The notes under the pieces were generated by a model. The model was not told where the DNA came from. It worked only from the letters and a program-made list of their open reading frames with translations, and did not search any database. From Spirochaetia bacterium (GTDB lineage: Bacteria; Spirochaetota; Spirochaetia; UBA9216), in the NCBI GenBank assembly GCA_963677925.2, contig CAXXYH010000004.1, positions 448,001-512,000 of the forward strand: a stretch of DNA of 64,000 nt, read 5' to 3'. Position 1 is the stretch's first letter. Every line of letters starts with the position of its first letter. Position numbers and translations under genes: made by a program. Positions 60,301 through 64,000 of this stretch are shown here, one piece after another.

Positions 60301-63300
60301 GAAATGATGATGTAATTGCATATGAAATCGTGCGTACTCCTGCCTGGGATTTAGATGAACAAATCAGAGTTGATCGAGCAGATGAGATACAGGAGTATCT
60401 TGATACAGAAGTTATAGACGGGAATACATATTCATATATTATCAGATCTGTAGATAGAGCGGAGAATAAAGGTGTATTTTCAACTGCAAATAGCGTGATA
60501 CCTGGTATTGAGACTGAATTATTAATTGAAGATGGTATTACAAAGGTAGAGTATGAGACGGCTACTTTATATTTAAAGAAGGAAGGATTACCAGGGGATG
60601 CTGTTAGTGTAAGAATTGCTGAAGCAGATCCAGAGTGGCAAACTGAAGCTGATGAAGATTTTGAACATGATTTTGTTGGTGCAGTATATAATTTTTCACT
60701 TCTTGACAGTAATGGAGAAGATGTTTCATCCGGAGATGTTTTTTCTCAACCATACATTGGAATAATTGACTATAATCCCGAATTACTTCCAGAAGGCTTT
60801 AATGAACAAAACTTAAGTGTATATACTTTTGATGGACGATGGGGTCGCTGGGAACGCATTGAGGATTGCTCAGTAGTTCCTGAGAATAATCAGATTGTAT
60901 TTACTTCAATGCATTTTTCAATGTATGCACCAGTAGCAACTTCAGTTCAGGATCTATCACCTGAGGAAATTGCTGATGCAGGATATTCTCCATTTGGCAC
61001 TTATGTTAACCATGAAGGGTTTACTGTAAGTCCACAAGGAGGAAATGCTCACACAAGTATGACCGAACTTGTGCTAACCGGGCCAAGTGGTTTTGATTTT
61101 GAATTAAAACGATATTATGATTTGACCGTTGCCAAAATGGATACCAGAGCAGATATTCCTTCATGGGCAATAAAATATTTAGAAAACCAGGGTGATTATG
61201 CATACTCTATGGGTAAAGGTTGGAGGTTGAACCTTCCGTATATTAAAAATGCATCTTCACAACAGTATCTTGTGATGCCGGATGGAAGTATGTATGGATT
61301 TGAATCCCTTGAATTAGAAGATTCATCAATAATCTCTACTAATAGAACACTTTATCTTGAAGGTCATACCGGAGAACATTTTAGTTTGATGGTTAAGCAA
61401 TCAAAAAAGGAAGAAGAAGTATATTTTATTGGAGCAGAAGGTGTTGTTGAACATACATGGACTTCGCTTTATTACATCCTGACTTTAAATGATGGTACAA
61501 GATATGTAATGGATTCAAAAGGAAGAACAAAGAAGATATTGAGCCCTGAAAGTATTGAACAAACAGGCTTTCTGGGATTCCTAAATCTTAGTTCTGGATT
61601 TGAAGTTAATATAAGTTATGTAGACGATGGATATGAAATTTCACAGATTGAAGATTCAATTGGCAGGAAGATCAATTTTGAATACGCTGGGATAAGTGAT
61701 TCACTCGCAGTCCCATATATCACAAAAATTAGTTTAGATTCAAATGATCCTTATGGAAGAAGTATTAGTTATACCCAAAATGATGGTTATTTAACTTCAT
61801 GTACAGATGTAGGTGGAAGAACTTGGACATACAGCTATGATAATGCGTATTATCTCGGAGGTGCATCAAATCCGATACCTTTTAATCTTACCGATGCTCT
61901 TGATGATTATTCAGATGATTCGGAACTTAATGATTTAATCGATAAATTATCAGAACCAACTTCAAATTATACTTATAAACCACTATATGCTATAGAAGGC
62001 TCTGGTAAAGGACGTATTGAAGTAACTTATGACACAGATAGTCAAAGTTTGGATGGTGAAGATTATTTAAAGGTAGTTACAAGACAAGTTGCTGTATTCA
62101 ACGATCATGCAGCGGGAAGTGATGAAAGCGTCCGAGCAACTTGGTATGATTACAATTTTACTTACAATGATGATATTGAAGGGTATTATCTTTCTAAAAC
62201 TATAGTAAATGAATTAAATGATAACAGGTACACAGTTTATAATTATGAATACAGAAAACTTGTAGAAACATATTGGAATGAAACAGATGACGGAGAGATT
62301 GATGAAGTAACTGTTTATGCATCAGAGGATGCAGGAAATAGAATAAGTAGTACTATATTTTATGAGAAGATAAATAATGACATAGACAACCTTAGTCTTT
62401 TGAAAGATAAAAGCATAGAATATCTTGCAGACACTGATATTAATCCTTCTGCTGAAACTATAAAGCATGGTAGTGGCAGTGATTACCTAACTATGAGCTA
62501 TAGCTATGATGGATGGGGTAACAAGGAAACAGTCACAGAAGAAAATCACTCTAGTGGAAGAATACGGAAAAATATTACATATAGAACATTCTCAAGTGGA
62601 AATCAGGTGGTTGGGGCTTCTTTTAAAGACTATTCAAATAGCGGTTTAACTAATGGTAGTATCCCAGCGAGAATAAAGAGTCTTATTATCAAAGAGGAAA
62701 TTGACAATTATTCACCGAGTATTGTCTCAAATGGAACGGCTTCGAATGATGTTGGAACAGCAAAGAAGGAATATATATATTACTCTTATAACGACGATGG
62801 AAGGATAACTGGCAAAGCGATCTGGGATTCTTCAAATAATAAGTGGCAAAAAACTGACTATGTTTGGAATTCTGTTGGTGATATGACTCAGGTAACTAAT
62901 CCTGATGGGCATATAATCGCATATACTTATGATGATGACCATTATCTGTCTGGTAAAACAGAGAAAGCAATTAAGGATGTAGATGGAAATTCATCTGATC
63001 TTATTTGGCTATATGATTATGATTGGACGGGATGGAAAGTTAGTGAAACTGACCCAAAGAATCAAGTAATCACACTGACATATGACAAACTTGGAAGAAT
63101 TACTAGTAAGAGTGAACCAGGTGATGCAGGTGGGATCTATAAAACCTCTGTAAGTTATAATGATAGTCTCGGAAGTTTAAGTTCTGTTATGACTGACACA
63201 TTAGGTAGAGAGGTAAAAAGAGAATATAATGATCTTGGTCAGATGGTAAAACAAAGTAGCAATCTTGATTCTGACAAAGCTGCAATTGTAGAGTTATCAT

Positions 63301-64000
63301 ATGATCGCTGGGGAAATGTTGTAGAAATGATAAATCCGAATATGCGGATGGATGATTCTGGCGATAAAAATGAGTATATAACCTATTATAGCTACAACGC
63401 CCTTGGTCGCCTGGACAAGATATCTTACCCATATGACTCTGATACCGGATCTGTATATAAGTCGATGGATTATAATTATAATACCAATACACTCACAATT
63501 ACCGATGAAGAAGGTAATCAAACCGTAGAACTTTATGATATGAAAGGAAATATCCTAAAAAGAACTCAAAGTGTAGATGGTGAATCAATAATTACATCAT
63601 TCTGGTATGATGGTTTAGGTAATATGATTGCACAACAGGGACCTATTTCTGATGCAGTAATTACTAACCAGTTTAACAGTTTAAATCAGTTGGTAAATGT
63701 AAAGCAACCCTCTGAAACATTTTATGAAAATGGTGTGTTAACTACCTTAAGGCCAGAAGTCTCTTATTATTATGATGAAAATGGAGATGTAGTTAAAGAA
63801 TCAAAAATTGTATCGGATGGGGAGAGAATTACACTAACTGAATATGATGAGCTTGGAAGAACCATTGCAGTAGAGTATAAAGACGGAGATGAAGTTCTTG
63901 CGAGTGAAAAATATTATTATGATGAGCTAAACAACCTTGTGAAGAAAATAGATCCTAACAATCTTGTTACAAATTACACATACACACCAAGAAACAATAT
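57303..64000 (+). CDS. Giant secreted Rhs/YD-repeat protein, >2232 aa, truncated by the window end
   Basis: Frame from ATG 57303 checked at multiple points and absent from the stop-requiring ORF track. Contains a signal peptide, two discoidin-like units, Ig/FN3, an HFS motif, DUF6531-like VSPQGG..ELKRYYD..MGKGWRLNLP, and YD repeats (YDKLGR, YDRWGN, YNALGR, YDGLGN, YDELGR). Confidence 0.9.
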   Translation, partial: MKMTRKISIIIVLLFISLFNVHASAGNLELSIIGSSNNTDVLNPAEYAADDNILTYWALDPEETDGWFEVSLDELSCIYAIELSGTLDTENVINFEYDSDGIWKSFINTELTSIGSSGEYIDLSGYKIVTDKIRVYLQGEDTSYSFIEEFSIFGESYSDTYHKLGISNVSGEENIFYPLSNLTDENTKTYWETESIGTWIVSILQGAKNWITDCFETGNFNFRKRSNLWEDENGAVISLAETSTIYRIKAYLSQDYSGKIILNKLDDDEWTEISVIEEGTEPGWYIIDLPDGLNTDSIQIISEDTDWWSLLLGLDTAEITGLCEIEFWGKSDLPSSKELTFYTEDTNIVEGLNSVFSTSESEKYEVELVVDADAGDFTCIELNGTQVQIPFIQEIEGAFYYQSIIDNDLLWNGDNFLRLESSDYHLLSGSIVGLSKDGSLSFSDGIKDYFTADSTGYNEIEFDSEISLEEVLLTTNDVSNERVYYRSENQWFELAWSGVTEHSEIYSIFLSESGNNTNLVADCIRIEGLTSGAQYGVTVKGSRISDSAPQIQMYWPKNGEVIEQSGLGTMFAVGYVDDENAVITVNDEEAQNIGNLFWISNMPGDVITDGEYALHIAATDSEGRTTEKTIYWSNIDSNVYNCDLGEDIIYTLDDSITVEGGTNPSATVYINDEIVDGSSQRYSKDIELAPGLNIITIKFVHRTQGVFALLQRRIFLVTTEPVLEISQPNDIDYTSAQQIDVSGTLSVSGAYEIECEGYEVQDDGTLFTVPSVTLVSGAYNDIKVTLTDQFGRTSTDSVSVFCDINAPVLTGITPESGSILSESVNTFVITTSDESELSVFMDGLVVPGGSGIFEKTISLLDGFYSLSLVLKDKAGNTTQVYLDYTVDTVPPVDFTVDVTPAGWTSDNQPIISFETTDATSGVDCYELSIDEGSFYVIESPYQLPVQSEGEHTIAVRAVDNAGHMTYSYAETKTDTIPPDILTDIEIVPGNGQLVLKWEDGNDDVIAYEIVRTPAWDLDEQIRVDRADEIQEYLDTEVIDGNTYSYIIRSVDRAENKGVFSTANSVIPGIETELLIEDGITKVEYETATLYLKKEGLPGDAVSVRIAEADPEWQTEADEDFEHDFVGAVYNFSLLDSNGEDVSSGDVFSQPYIGIIDYNPELLPEGFNEQNLSVYTFDGRWGRWERIEDCSVVPENNQIVFTSMHFSMYAPVATSVQDLSPEEIADAGYSPFGTYVNHEGFTVSPQGGNAHTSMTELVLTGPSGFDFELKRYYDLTVAKMDTRADIPSWAIKYLENQGDYAYSMGKGWRLNLPYIKNASSQQYLVMPDGSMYGFESLELEDSSIISTNRTLYLEGHTGEHFSLMVKQSKKEEEVYFIGAEGVVEHTWTSLYYILTLNDGTRYVMDSKGRTKKILSPESIEQTGFLGFLNLSSGFEVNISYVDDGYEISQIEDSIGRKINFEYAGISDSLAVPYITKISLDSNDPYGRSISYTQNDGYLTSCTDVGGRTWTYSYDNAYYLGGASNPIPFNLTDALDDYSDDSELNDLIDKLSEPTSNYTYKPLYAIEGSGKGRIEVTYDTDSQSLDGEDYLKVVTRQVAVFNDHAAGSDESVRATWYDYNFTYNDDIEGYYLSKTIVNELNDNRYTVYNYEYRKLVETYWNETDDGEIDEVTVYASEDAGNRISSTIFYEKINNDIDNLSLLKDKSIEYLADTDINPSAETIKHGSGSDYLTMSYSYDGWGNKETVTEENHSSGRIRKNITYRTFSSGNQVVGASFKDYSNSGLTNGSIPARIKSLIIKEEIDNYSPSIVSNGTASNDVGTAKKEYIYYSYNDDGRITGKAIWDSSNNKWQKTDYVWNSVGDMTQVTNPDGHIIAYTYDDDHYLSGKTEKAIKDVDGNSSDLIWLYDYDWTGWKVSETDPKNQVITLTYDKLGRITSKSEPGDAGGIYKTSVSYNDSLGSLSSVMTDTLGREVKREYNDLGQMVKQSSNLDSDKAAIVELSYDRWGNVVEMINPNMRMDDSGDKNEYITYYSYNALGRLDKISYPYDSDTGSVYKSMDYNYNTNTLTITDEEGNQTVELYDMKGNILKRTQSVDGESIITSFWYDGLGNMIAQQGPISDAVITNQFNSLNQLVNVKQPSETFYENGVLTTLRPEVSYYYDENGDVVKESKIVSDGERITLTEYDELGRTIAVEYKDGDEVLASEKYYYDELNNLVKKIDPNNLVTNYTYTPRNN

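Larger units (their letters stand above)
32867..64000. mobile_element. tRNA-Leu-integrated genomic island (right end not located; at least to ~43.4 kb, possibly past the window end)
   Basis: Integrase 153 bp after the tRNA, abrupt AT enrichment, xis/rep/defence cargo, and no return to core genes in the window. Confidence 0.7.

Noticed and set aside
59163-63521. Short ORFs listed inside 57.3-64 kb
   Set aside because: They are shadow frames of the giant Rhs ORF.
62400-64000. Periodic TATGAT-like motifs as CRISPR or DNA repeats
   Set aside because: They are protein-level YD repeats; no conserved repeat-spacer array or cas gene is present in the window.

Overview
The window looks like a free-living spirochaete (Spirochaetaceae-like) chromosome; this assignment is inferred from gene content and order. 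Positions 1-32.8 kb are core genome: PTS IIA, lysA, DUF89, hisA/hisE, two homocysteine methyltransferases, a LamG-FN3/TPR/HDOD/MBL cluster, uvrC, a candidate structured small RNA, the lptCAB-rpoN-hpf-hprK-ptsH-DUF4390-ntrY-ntrX-lexA-holA run, cheR/cheB, rseC, ymdB and an MCP. After tRNA-Leu(CAG) at 32783-32866 an AT-rich integrative island begins. It carries a tyrosine integrase, an excisionase-like gene, an unusual fusion of a motif-degenerate UvrD-like helicase with a putative rolling-circle Rep domain, small accessory genes and a three-gene Lamassu (ABC-3C) defence system. A type II secretion gene cluster with a minimal prepilin peptidase follows. Transcribed divergently from it are a 1140-aa secreted Ig/PKD/beta-helix protein and a >2232-aa signal-peptide-bearing Rhs/YD protein that runs off the window and is missing from the ORF track. 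The best candidate for an undescribed system is a dedicated T2SS exporting a giant Rhs protein with an HFS autoproteolysis-like motif. The dead-helicase-Rep fusion is the second candidate. All family calls come from motif recognition by eye, not database searches.
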